Source of the DNA: Candidatus Tayloriibacteriota bacterium
GTDB lineage: Bacteria > Patescibacteriota > Minisyncoccia > Phycocordibacterales > SIBU01
Direction: 5' to 3'
DNA length: 64,000 bases
Assembly (NCBI GenBank): GCA_016188455.1
Contig: JACPHR010000010.1
Location: 3,655-67,654 of the forward strand
Shown here piece by piece: positions 54,110-62,720 of this stretch. Both the position numbers and the translations under genes were made by a program. The notes under the pieces were generated by a model. That model did no database searches, had not been told where the DNA came from, and saw nothing but the letters and a program-made list of their open reading frames with translations. Numbering within the stretch: position 1 is the stretch's first letter; every line of letters begins with the position of its first letter.

Positions 54110-54754
54110 TTATTGCGCCAGCAATACGACCACCTCTCCCTCCTTTCCCTCCAAATCTTTTTTCTTGAGAGTCAACTTGTCAACGGGCTTGGTTTCCTCT
54201 TCCCCCGCTTCCTTGAGAAAAACTTTGAGAGCTTTATCACCCACGCCGCCGTAGTGCATCGGAATTATCAATCGAGGCTCAAGCTTGACCGAGAGTTCAT
54301 AGGCGGCCGCGGGCGACAGTACGCCGCCGCCCACCGGCACGAACAAAATATCAATATCGTCAAGCGCCTCTTTGGTTTCAGCCGGCAAATCTTTTGAATC
54401 AAGCGCGCCGAGAAAACAGAGGTTCATGCCTTCGAGCGAAACGTTGTAAATAGTGTTGATGCGAGAATCTTTCGAGCCCGCCTCTAGTCCGTAACGCGAC
54501 TCTCCCTTGAAACCTTTTATAAAAATACCTTTTATCTCATACTCGCCCGGACCGCTAATGACAAACGGCGCCCGCTCGCCGTGGGTGACGTTCTCCACGC
54601 CGTTAAAATCCTTGTCGTTGAGACTGACCAAGGCGATATCGGCGCCGAAGCGGGCGCCCTTGTGTTTTGATTCTTTGGCAATGGGGTTAAAAGCGATAAC
54701 CGTGTCGCCGAATTGGATTTTGAATGCTTCAAGCCCAAGGTAGGTGATAATCAT
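54110..54754 (-). CDS. MBL-fold metallo-hydrolase (UlaG-like, Lactamase_B_3)
   Basis: MIITYLGLEAFKIQFGDTVIAFNP and a C-terminal HYGG motif. Confidence 0.7.
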   Translation of the reverse strand: MIITYLGLEAFKIQFGDTVIAFNPIAKESKHKGARFGADIALVSLNDKDFNGVENVTHGERAPFVISGPGEYEIKGIFIKGFKGESRYGLEAGSKDSRINTIYNVSLEGMNLCFLGALDSKDLPAETKEALDDIDILFVPVGGGVLSPAAAYELSVKLEPRLIIPMHYGGVGDKALKVFLKEAGEEETKPVDKLTLKKKDLEGKEGEVVVLLAQ

Positions 54755-54959
54755 AGGGAGAATAGTAAATAGAAAATAGAAAATAGTAAAGAGTTTTGCC
54801 TATTTTCTGTTGGGACGTTTGCTATGTTCGGGTTGTTATGTATAATATCCCGCATGCCTGTCTGCCCTCTCATTTTGGCGGTTTGCTAACGCAAAGGCCA
54901 TTAATAAAACGCGCCGGGGTTAACCTTGCGGACATGGGTTCGTAAACCCCCGGCCGCCA

Positions 54960-56168
54960 TTGATAATGAAAAAAAACGATACTGCGGCAACCGCTCTCAA
55001 AGAAGCCACTGACTTAGTAAACAGTCTACGGGGGTCGGCTAGGTCAACCGGACTAACCCAAAAAGACAGCAACGGCAAAACGGCGGAAGAGGAAAAAGAA
55101 AAAAAGGAAAGCCTGATGAGCAGGCTCCTGAAAGAGAGCGGCAATCCGCCTGCCGTTGGCGACTTGATTGAAGGTGGGGTTCTAAACATTGAGAAGGCTA
55201 GGGTGTTCGTTGACCTGCCGCCTTACGGCACGGGCGTCATCTACGGCCGCGAGTATATCAACGCCCGCGACGTCATCAAGAAAATTTCAATCGGCGACAA
55301 AATCACCGCCAAAGTCGTTGACGTGGAAAACGAAGACGGCTACATTGAGCTGTCGCTTCGCGAGGCCCGCCAAGCCATGATCTGGAGCGAGGCCGAGACG
55401 GCCATCCGCGACAAGAAAATCCTGGACCTCACGGTCAAAGAGGCCAACAAGGGCGGACTGATTCTTGAGTGGCAGAGCATCGCGGGTTTTCTGCCCGCCT
55501 CCCAGCTCAAAGCCGAACACTACCCGCGCGTGGCCGACGGCGACAAGGATAAAATTCTTGAGGAACTGCGAAAACTGGTCGGCGAGCGAGTTTTGGTGTC
55601 GGTCATTTCCGCCATTCCCAAGGAGGGTAAACTGATTTTCTCCGAAAAAAGCCCCGAGTCAAAAGACAAGAAAAAGATTGTCGGCAAGTACACTGTGGGC
55701 GACGAAGTGGCGGGTGAAGTGACCGGCACCGTGGACTTCGGCGTATTCGTAAAGCTGGAAGAAGGCCTGGAGGGCTTGGTGCACATTTCGGAAATTGATT
55801 GGGCGCTCGTTGAAGACCCGAGACTGCTTTTCAAGGTCGGCCAGAAGGTAAAGGTAAAAATCATTGAAATCAAAGACGGCAAGATTTCCCTCTCCATCAA
55901 GGCTCTCAAACCAAACCCTTGGATTGAAGCAGCCAAGAAATACAAGAAAGATGACGTGGTCAAAGCCGTCATCATTAAATTCAACAAACACGGCGCGCTG
56001 GCCTCAATTGAAGAAGGGGTGGCCGGCCTTGTCCACATTTCCGAATTCGGCACCGAGGATAAACTGCGTGCCAATCTTGAGCTCGGTAAAACCTATACCT
56101 TCAAAATCACCTTCTTTGACCCTAAGGAGCAAAAAATGGCGCTCTCCTTCGTGGCTGATAAAAAATAA
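54960..56168 (+). CDS. rpsA: 30S ribosomal protein S1 (four S1 domains)
   Basis: Four repeated S1 OB-fold motifs (G..V.G.V..I....VFVDL.. ; GLVHISEI). Confidence 0.85.
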   Translation: MIMKKNDTAATALKEATDLVNSLRGSARSTGLTQKDSNGKTAEEEKEKKESLMSRLLKESGNPPAVGDLIEGGVLNIEKARVFVDLPPYGTGVIYGREYINARDVIKKISIGDKITAKVVDVENEDGYIELSLREARQAMIWSEAETAIRDKKILDLTVKEANKGGLILEWQSIAGFLPASQLKAEHYPRVADGDKDKILEELRKLVGERVLVSVISAIPKEGKLIFSEKSPESKDKKKIVGKYTVGDEVAGEVTGTVDFGVFVKLEEGLEGLVHISEIDWALVEDPRLLFKVGQKVKVKIIEIKDGKISLSIKALKPNPWIEAAKKYKKDDVVKAVIIKFNKHGALASIEEGVAGLVHISEFGTEDKLRANLELGKTYTFKITFFDPKEQKMALSFVADKK

Positions 56169-56187
56169 ATGAACCCTCCTTTATCTC

Positions 56188-56227
56188 ATATAGATACGAT
56201 GGTAATTATATGAGATAAATGATAAAA
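56188..56227. promoter_or_regulatory. palindrome (13-bp arms, 14-nt spacer) immediately upstream of wHTH/Cas2-like paralog 2
   Basis: tttatctcatata-gatacgatggtaat-tatatgagataaa. Confidence 0.45.
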
Positions 56228-56237
56228 TTCCGAGTAA

Positions 56238-56813
56238 ATGGGGGAAAAACCTAAAAGCGTGAAAAGACTTCGGGTCGGCACTACCCAAAAACAAATTCTT
56301 CTCTTGTTGCTTGCCGGAACGGCAATGGGGCTGTCAGGGTCGCCAAAAACCTTTTTCAAAATACTTTCTTCTCTGCCGGAAGCTTTAAGAGAAATAGAAG
56401 AAAAAAATGTTCGCCGAGCGATTCAAAACCTCTATAGATCGCGCCTGGCGGAAAAACAAGAACACCCTGACGGCACCATGACACTGGCGCTGACTGATGA
56501 AGGAAAGCGCGTGGCTCTACGCTACGACATCAACAAGATGAAGGTGGTAAAACCTCGGAAATGGGACGAGAAGTGGCGAATCGTGACGTTCGATATTCCT
56601 CAAAAAGCCAGGTGGATTCGCGACAGTCTCCGAGAGCATCTGCGGCAACTTCAATTTTATGAACTGCAGAAATCGGTCTTCGTTCATCCGTTTGATTGTA
56701 AAAATGAAATTGACTATATCGTTGAATTCTACAACATTCGCCGCCACGTGCGTTTCATTATCGCCGACTCAATCGACAATGAGCTGCACATCATGCATTG
56801 CTTAGGGCTCTAA
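56238..56813 (+). CDS. winged-HTH + Cas2/VapD-like-fold C-terminal domain protein, paralog 2
   Basis: WRIVTFDIPQKARWIRDSLREHLRQLQFYELQKSVFVHPFDCKNEIDYIVEFYNIRRHVRFI, Cas2-like. Paralog of the gene at 27458. Confidence 0.45.
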   Translation: MGEKPKSVKRLRVGTTQKQILLLLLAGTAMGLSGSPKTFFKILSSLPEALREIEEKNVRRAIQNLYRSRLAEKQEHPDGTMTLALTDEGKRVALRYDINKMKVVKPRKWDEKWRIVTFDIPQKARWIRDSLREHLRQLQFYELQKSVFVHPFDCKNEIDYIVEFYNIRRHVRFIIADSIDNELHIMHCLGL

Positions 56814-57000
56814 AAACATCCCTTTCCTTCTTGCTCGTATACCAACGATGGTTGTTATGTGAGCCAAAAGTAACGTCAGTAACGTAACGTGGTTCACCGA
56901 AGGTGATTTAAAAGTGATTCAAAAGTCATTCACCGGCAGCTTTCCTTACCTTAATTAAAACGCGAGTCAAGCACGCGGCAAGGCCAGGCCATGATATTTC

Positions 57001-57591
57001 TCATATGTATTGCCGGCTCATCGCCTTCTCACGGCCGTCAACGACGAGCGACTTGAGGGCTTCGGCGATTTTGGGGGAAAGTTTTTTGAGCGCGGCGAGC
57101 TCCACGGGCGAAAATTCGCCGAGTATGTGTTTGTCCACCGCCGCGTCGCCACGCGGTTTTTTTAACTTACCGGAAGGCGTTGCGGGAGAAATGCCCACCC
57201 GAAGACGCAGAAAGGCTTGAGTTTTCAAAGCTTTGATGATTGATGCCACTCCGCGGTGGCCGCCCGAGCTTTTGTTGAAAGAAATTTTGAATTTCCCGAG
57301 GGGGATATCAAGGTCGTCGTGAATCACCACCAGATGCTCCACGGCCTTCTTGCTTTTTATAAGCGGTGCGACAGAAATCCCTGATTGATTCATAAAAGTT
57401 TCCGGTTCAACGAGCGTGACTGCCTCTCTCCCCAATTTTCCTGAAGAAGACAGTGCTTTGATTTTTGCGCTCAACTGCCAAGCGGGCAATTTTTCGGCTA
57501 TGCGAAAGGTTTCCAGGACCATTCGTCCCGTGTTGTGGCGAGTATCTTTATATTCATTACCCGGGTTACCGAGTCCCACGACAATATACAT
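57001..57591 (-). CDS. pth: peptidyl-tRNA hydrolase
   Basis: YIVVGLGNPGNEYKDTRHNTGRMVL. Start at Met22 (ATG 57591); the track extension is spurious. Confidence 0.85.
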   Translation of the reverse strand: MYIVVGLGNPGNEYKDTRHNTGRMVLETFRIAEKLPAWQLSAKIKALSSSGKLGREAVTLVEPETFMNQSGISVAPLIKSKKAVEHLVVIHDDLDIPLGKFKISFNKSSGGHRGVASIIKALKTQAFLRLRVGISPATPSGKLKKPRGDAAVDKHILGEFSPVELAALKKLSPKIAEALKSLVVDGREKAMSRQYI

Positions 57592-57810
57592 AAAAGTTAA
57601 AAAATTAAAGTGGAAAATGACAATGTAAAATTCAAAATTATCTGATTCGGCCAATTTTACACTTTAAACTGTCATTTTAGATTTTGACCCGCCTGCCTTC
57701 GCCTAAAGCTAACTCTCATTGCTCAACAAGTTGTAAAATTTTCTTTGCTTTTCATTAATCAAATAATCCGGCTCAGGCTTTGGCGGGCAGGTATTTACAT
57801 TTTACATTGA
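57592..57810. repeat. family D AT-rich repeat, filled-site copy (contains E3)
   Basis: tggaaaatgacaatgtaaaatt ... gtcattttagattttga | E3 | tatttacattttacatt. Confidence 0.55.
57688..57791. mobile_element. family E MITE-like element (104 bp) with 21-bp terminal inverted repeats, nested inside a family D repeat
   Basis: cccgcctgccttcgcctaaagc ... gctcaggctttggcgggcagg. The TIR 21-mer cccgcctgccaaagcctgagc also forms element E2 at 23614. The homologous site at 51058 is uninterrupted. Confidence 0.6.
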
Positions 57811-57918
57811 TAGACACGGAAGTCCACTCGCCAAAATTCAAAAATTTTAGGTAGTAAGTAGTGCGACATACTTAAAGACCTTGCGTCAACCGACTTCTGG
57901 TACTAAAATTGAAAACAA

Positions 57919-58563
57919 ATGAACGGAGAAAAAGAAAAGTCTCTCGGACAATCCGCAGAAAATAATTTTTCTCAAGAACCGCAACTTCAAAAAAGTCCCG
58001 ACACCGACCCGAAGCAAGAATCCTGGTGGGACATCGTCAAATTTGCCCTCATCACCGCGGCCATTGTCCTGCCCATCAGATTTTTTATCGCCCAACCGTT
58101 CATGGTTTCCGGACCTTCAATGGAACCGACATTCAGCAACCATGATTATCTTATCGTGGATGAAATAAGCTACCGTTTTGAGAAACCGAAACGGGGCGAG
58201 GTCATTATCTTCAACCGGCCGGAAGAAAAAAAGTATCTGATAAAAAGAATTATAGGGCTGCCGGGTGAAACCTTGGAGCTTGAGGGCGACACTATTACCG
58301 TCAAAAACGCCGAGCGCCCCGAAGGTTTTACGCTTGACCAAACATTCGTCGTCAACAAAAAATCGGAACCGAAATTAACCGTTATCCTGGACAATGAACA
58401 CTACTTCGTCTTGGGAGACAATCGTTCCGTTAGCTACGATTCCCGCGGCTGGGGGCCGCTTGACGCGAAAAATATCGTCGGCCGGGCACTTTTGAGGCTC
58501 TACCCCTTCACAGCGCTGGCAGTTTTTCCGGGAGACGCCAGCAAAATACTGAATAACCAATAA
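57919..58563 (+). CDS. lepB: signal peptidase I
   Basis: MVSGPSMEPTF (catalytic Ser), DYLIVD and GDNRSVSYDSRGWG boxes. Confidence 0.85.
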   Translation: MNGEKEKSLGQSAENNFSQEPQLQKSPDTDPKQESWWDIVKFALITAAIVLPIRFFIAQPFMVSGPSMEPTFSNHDYLIVDEISYRFEKPKRGEVIIFNRPEEKKYLIKRIIGLPGETLELEGDTITVKNAERPEGFTLDQTFVVNKKSEPKLTVILDNEHYFVLGDNRSVSYDSRGWGPLDAKNIVGRALLRLYPFTALAVFPGDASKILNNQ

Positions 58564-58657
58564 CGTACAACTGAATCAGTGAATAACATCGGTCTAAAGG
58601 GTTTTTGTCATTCAGTTATAAGTAATTCAGTTATTTGTTTATCAACAACGCACGTCA

Positions 58658-59953
58658 ATGTCTCACGCTCTCAAAGAAAAACCTATGAGAACTGTCCACG
58701 CCCATACAGAGCGAAGGCGGGAATATTGGTACAAAAACCTTGACCGGCCGGCCGAAGTGGCGCTTTATTACGGTTTTAATCCCATGGAAACGCCGGTCGT
58801 CACCAAAGAGGACGCCAGAAAAGCCAGAGCGCTCTGCGAAACCGAACTGCGAAAAGACGCTCCCGATTCGCCCGGCCGATTCGCCATTGAAGAAAAAATC
58901 GCGGTGCTGCGCCTCTACGAAGAACGAAATATGCAAAACTGGCCGCAACCGGTGATGCTCTATTTTGGAAAACCGATTCTCCGACAAGACGGCTCGAAAA
59001 AAAGCCTCGGCAAACCCGCCCGTACCGAACGTGGTTCGGCGCCTACCCGACTACATTCAGGCGGGCATTCGGGCGGGGAGCGGACCGTGATTCTTGAAGC
59101 TTTAGGCACGTCAAATAGCATCGCCGAAGCCCTCCTTATTAAGACCGCCCTGGAAATTTTGAAAGAAGAGGAATTTGAAAATCTTTCCGTTCATATCAAC
59201 AGTGTCGGCGACCGCGACACCGTATGGCGCTTCGCCCGCGAGCTTTCCGCCTATTACCGCAAGAACATTGAAACTCTCCCCGCCCATTGCCGACAACTGC
59301 TGAAAAAGGACGTTTTTGACCTGCTTTCGTGCAAAAATGAAAAGTGCCGCATCATCAAAGAAAGCGCGCCTAAGTCCATGAGCTTTCTTTCGGAACCGAG
59401 CAGGCAGCATTTCAAAGAAGTTTTGGAATATCTTGAGTTTCTTGAAATCCCTTATGAGATTGACCATTTTCTGGTGGGCAATCGGGCATTCGCCTGTCAA
59501 ACGCTTTTTGAAATCTACGACCCCGAAAGCCGCGAGCTCTGCCGGCCGCTAGCCGTCGGCGTCCGCTATGCGAACCTTGGAAAAAAAATCGGGCTGAAGA
59601 AAGACATCCCGGGCGTCGGCGCGCGCTTGGTTTTTAAAGAAAAAAATCCGAGCAAGAATCTTAAATTTCTTAAACCGAAAATTTACTTCATCCAGCTCGG
59701 CTTTGAAGCGAAGCTGAAAAGTTTGAAAATCATAGAAATCCTCCGTCAGGCCAAAATTCCGATGTATCACGGCATTTCACGAGATAAGCTCACGAGCCAA
59801 ATCTCCGCGGCGGAAAATATGAAAATTCCCTATACCGTCATCATGGGCCAAAAAGAGGCGCTTGAAAACACTGTCATCGTGCGGCACATGACCGACCGCT
59901 CTCAAGAGAGCGTCAGAATTGAAAATTTGCCGCAGTATTTCAAAAAGCTCTGA
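58658..59953 (+). CDS. divergent class II aminoacyl-tRNA synthetase, HisRS-like (HGTP anticodon-binding domain) with insert
   Basis: C-terminal HGTP_anticodon-like domain (IYFIQLGFEAKL..IPYTVIMGQKE..TVIVRHM). The N-terminal catalytic core is divergent and carries a basic, Gly-rich insert (KKSLGKPARTERGSAPTRLHSGGHSGG). Confidence 0.5.
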   Translation: MSHALKEKPMRTVHAHTERRREYWYKNLDRPAEVALYYGFNPMETPVVTKEDARKARALCETELRKDAPDSPGRFAIEEKIAVLRLYEERNMQNWPQPVMLYFGKPILRQDGSKKSLGKPARTERGSAPTRLHSGGHSGGERTVILEALGTSNSIAEALLIKTALEILKEEEFENLSVHINSVGDRDTVWRFARELSAYYRKNIETLPAHCRQLLKKDVFDLLSCKNEKCRIIKESAPKSMSFLSEPSRQHFKEVLEYLEFLEIPYEIDHFLVGNRAFACQTLFEIYDPESRELCRPLAVGVRYANLGKKIGLKKDIPGVGARLVFKEKNPSKNLKFLKPKIYFIQLGFEAKLKSLKIIEILRQAKIPMYHGISRDKLTSQISAAENMKIPYTVIMGQKEALENTVIVRHMTDRSQESVRIENLPQYFKKL

Positions 59954-60083
59954 AATATGAAATGCAAATCGGCACAAAGTTACAAATAAAGACTCCGTTT
60001 TAATTTGTAATTTGTATATTCGTATTTATTTGTATTTCGTATTTAATTTGCGAAAAAAGTTTTCTGTGCTATTATAGCGGCTT

Positions 60084-60320
60084 ATGGCCATCAATGTTGA
60101 AGTGGCAAAAACCGGCACGGAAAGCGGCGTGAGCCTCTTGCGGCGCTTTACCAAGCGCGTCCAGGGCGCGGGCATTTTGCCGCGGGTGCGCTCCCTGCGC
60201 TACAAAGACCGAAATAAATCCCCCGGCACGCGCAAAAAAATGACTTTGAAGAAATTGGCCCGGCGAAAAGAAGTAGACCGGCTCATCAAGCTGGGCAAAG
60301 CAGTTGAAAAGACCCGCTAG
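60084..60320 (+). CDS. rpsU: 30S ribosomal protein S21
   Basis: Basic 78-aa protein (LLRRFTKRVQGAGIL..R....KK.ARRKE). Confidence 0.75.
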   Translation: MAINVEVAKTGTESGVSLLRRFTKRVQGAGILPRVRSLRYKDRNKSPGTRKKMTLKKLARRKEVDRLIKLGKAVEKTR

Positions 60321-60325
60321 AGAGC

Positions 60326-60721
60326 ATGCTTCCGAAAACCGGAAAAAACTTGTCGGTTACAAACCTCACCAAAGGCAAACTCCCCCGCTTGCCTTTTATG
60401 GCCGTGAAGGAGGCGATACTGGGCAAGGGCTACGATTTGAGTGTGGTCTTCGCTTCGCGGGCGACGCTCCGGAAGCTCAACCGCGCCTACCGCTTAAAGG
60501 ACAAAGCGACCGACATTTTGAGTTTTCCCCTGGGTAAAATCCGGGGTGAAATTTTCATCAGTCCGGAGGAAGCGCGGAAAGAATCAAAAAAGTTCGGGCG
60601 AAATTTTGAAAATTTCCTTGGTTTCCTGTTTATCCACGGTTTGGCGCATTTGAAAGGATTACGGCATGGTAGTAAAATGGAGGAACAAGAAATCAAATTC
60701 CGCAGGCGTTTCGGAATTTAA
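60326..60721 (+). CDS. ybeY: rRNA maturation endoribonuclease YbeY
   Basis: FIHGLAHLKGLRHG, matching the HGxLHLxGYDH zinc motif. Confidence 0.8.
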   Translation: MLPKTGKNLSVTNLTKGKLPRLPFMAVKEAILGKGYDLSVVFASRATLRKLNRAYRLKDKATDILSFPLGKIRGEIFISPEEARKESKKFGRNFENFLGFLFIHGLAHLKGLRHGSKMEEQEIKFRRRFGI

Positions 60722-60807
60722 TTTCTACTTTTGACTCTTAATTATTAACTCTTGACCTGTGATTCTTCAGTTAATGGTTAACGGTTAATGGTTAATAGTC
60801 TTTCTCA

Positions 60808-61986
60808 ATGTCCCGTAACATTTCAGTCGGCATAGATATCGGTTCCTACCAAATCAAAGTGGTGGTGGCCTTAAGGGCGCGCGAAAAAGAAAGAGCTTTT
60901 CCGAAAATCACAGGCTTCGGCTATGCGGAATCTCGCGGCCTGCGCCACGGCTACATCCTCAATCAAGAGGAGGTGGCCAAGAATTTGCGTCTGGCTCTTG
61001 ACCAGGCGGAGAAAGCCGCGGCGGTGAAAATTAAAAAGGCTTTCGTTTCAATCGGCGGCGTGGGCCTGTCCGGCGTCACCGTAAACGGCAGCGTTATCAT
61101 CTCGCGGGCGGACGGAGAAATTACCGACCTTGACGTCAAAAAAGCCGTGGACGCCAGCCAGTCTGAAATCCCCCAGTCATTCTCGCTCAACCGGCGAATC
61201 ATTCACACGGTGCCGATCCAATTCAAAGTTGACGGCAAACCGGTTTACGGCAGACCCGCCGGCATGAAAGGCACAAAGCTTGAAGCCAAAACGCTTTTTA
61301 TCACCTGCCTCGAACACCATTTCAACGACCTGGTGGAAACTCTCGGTGAAGCCGGCGTGGAAGTGGAAGACGTGGTGGCCGCGCCGATAGCGGCCTCTCT
61401 GGTCACGCTTTCTAAAGCCCAAAAAATCGCCGGCTGCGTCCTGGCGAACATCGGCTCCGAAACGGTTGCCATCGCGGTGTTTGAAAATAACATGCCAATA
61501 TCTTTGGAAGTTTTTCCCTTGGGCGGCAACGACATCACCAACGACATCGCTCTGGGCTTGAAAATTCCGCTTGAGGAAGCCGAGGACTTAAAGCGCGGCG
61601 CGATTGTGGGCGTTACCTATCCGCGGAAAAAACTGGAAGAAATCATCGCCGCCAGGCTTTCGGATATCTTTGACCTGATTGAAGCCCACTTGAAAAAAAT
61701 CGGCCGCAGCGGCTTGCTGCCCGCCGGCATCGTGCTCACCGGCGGCAGCTCGGGCATAGAAACCATTGATGACTTGGCCAAGGCGGCCCTGCGCCTGCCA
61801 TCACGCATCGCGAGCATCAATTTCGGCGAGGGCAGCAAAGGCCAGATTAAAGACGCTTCCTGGTCCGTGGCTTTCGGCCTCTGTATTTTAGGCCTAAGCG
61901 AAGAGGACGACGGTTTGAGTGGCATTAAGCTCGCCAAGCGGGCGAAAAACGATATTGTGGGCTGGCTGAAGCAATTTTTGCCGTAA
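60808..61986 (+). CDS. ftsA: cell-division protein FtsA
   Basis: ISVGIDIGSYQIKVVVA actin-fold N-terminus and LTGGSSGI. Confidence 0.9.
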   Translation: MSRNISVGIDIGSYQIKVVVALRAREKERAFPKITGFGYAESRGLRHGYILNQEEVAKNLRLALDQAEKAAAVKIKKAFVSIGGVGLSGVTVNGSVIISRADGEITDLDVKKAVDASQSEIPQSFSLNRRIIHTVPIQFKVDGKPVYGRPAGMKGTKLEAKTLFITCLEHHFNDLVETLGEAGVEVEDVVAAPIAASLVTLSKAQKIAGCVLANIGSETVAIAVFENNMPISLEVFPLGGNDITNDIALGLKIPLEEAEDLKRGAIVGVTYPRKKLEEIIAARLSDIFDLIEAHLKKIGRSGLLPAGIVLTGGSSGIETIDDLAKAALRLPSRIASINFGEGSKGQIKDASWSVAFGLCILGLSEEDDGLSGIKLAKRAKNDIVGWLKQFLP

Positions 61987-62161
61987 CACGACACCAATTT
62001 ACGAATGAGCGCGAATGACACGAATAGAGAAGTTGTGCGGAATTAGAAATTATGAATTAGTAATGAAGCCCAGCCCCAGAAATTTTGCCGCAAAATTTCT
62101 GGGCTGTTTTGTGCTTAAATCTATTCTTAAATTCTCAAGAATGCCAGAATAGAATTTGAAT

Positions 62162-62190
62162 AAAAAAAAGCGGGAGGTTAATTCCCCCGC
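62162..62190 (-). terminator. rho-independent terminator of the 62178 gene
   Basis: Minus strand reads gcggggg-aattaacc-tcccgc followed by tttttttt. The stop codon lies in the hairpin loop. Confidence 0.55.
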
Positions 62191-62510
62191 CGCAATTTTT
62201 CCAACCTTGCAACTCGCAATTGTTTCAGATGAGCATTCATCGCCTCACTTGAACCGGACTTCTGCAACTCAACTTCGTCTTCCGGTTCCAACCGAACGAT
62301 AGTCCCGGCATGGCTTCCCCACACCATCACGGCGTTGCCCTTTTCGGATTGGTCTTCTGCCAATTTAAGGCAAGTTACATTAAAACCTAGCAAACCGTGC
62401 TCTTCAACCGCGTTGGTATTAAAGATGTCTCCCGGACGAAGTTTTTTAAATGTTTCCGGCAAAAATCGGTCTTCAAACTGCCGCGCCAAAGGCCTAATGG
62501 TTGCTGGCAT
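62178..62510 (-). CDS. hypothetical protein (110 aa) encoded on the opposite strand between ftsA and ftsZ
   Basis: ATG start and its own terminator. No recognisable motif. Confidence 0.45.
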   Translation of the reverse strand: MPATIRPLARQFEDRFLPETFKKLRPGDIFNTNAVEEHGLLGFNVTCLKLAEDQSEKGNAVMVWGSHAGTIVRLEPEDEVELQKSGSSEAMNAHLKQLRVARLEKLRRGN

Positions 62511-62720
62511 CTTTTATTCCTTTCAAATCTGACGATTTTTTACTGGATACTTTATACTTAATACTTAATTAAAAGTCAACCCTTGTATTTATTTTGGCCT
62601 TTAGCTATGATAGGATTCTACGAAAATGGCTTATAAGGCTTATGCTTTATTCCGCCTTTGTTCTTGGTTTTTTAGGATTTATTTTTCATTTTTACTTTTT
62701 AATATTTTAATCTCTCTATC

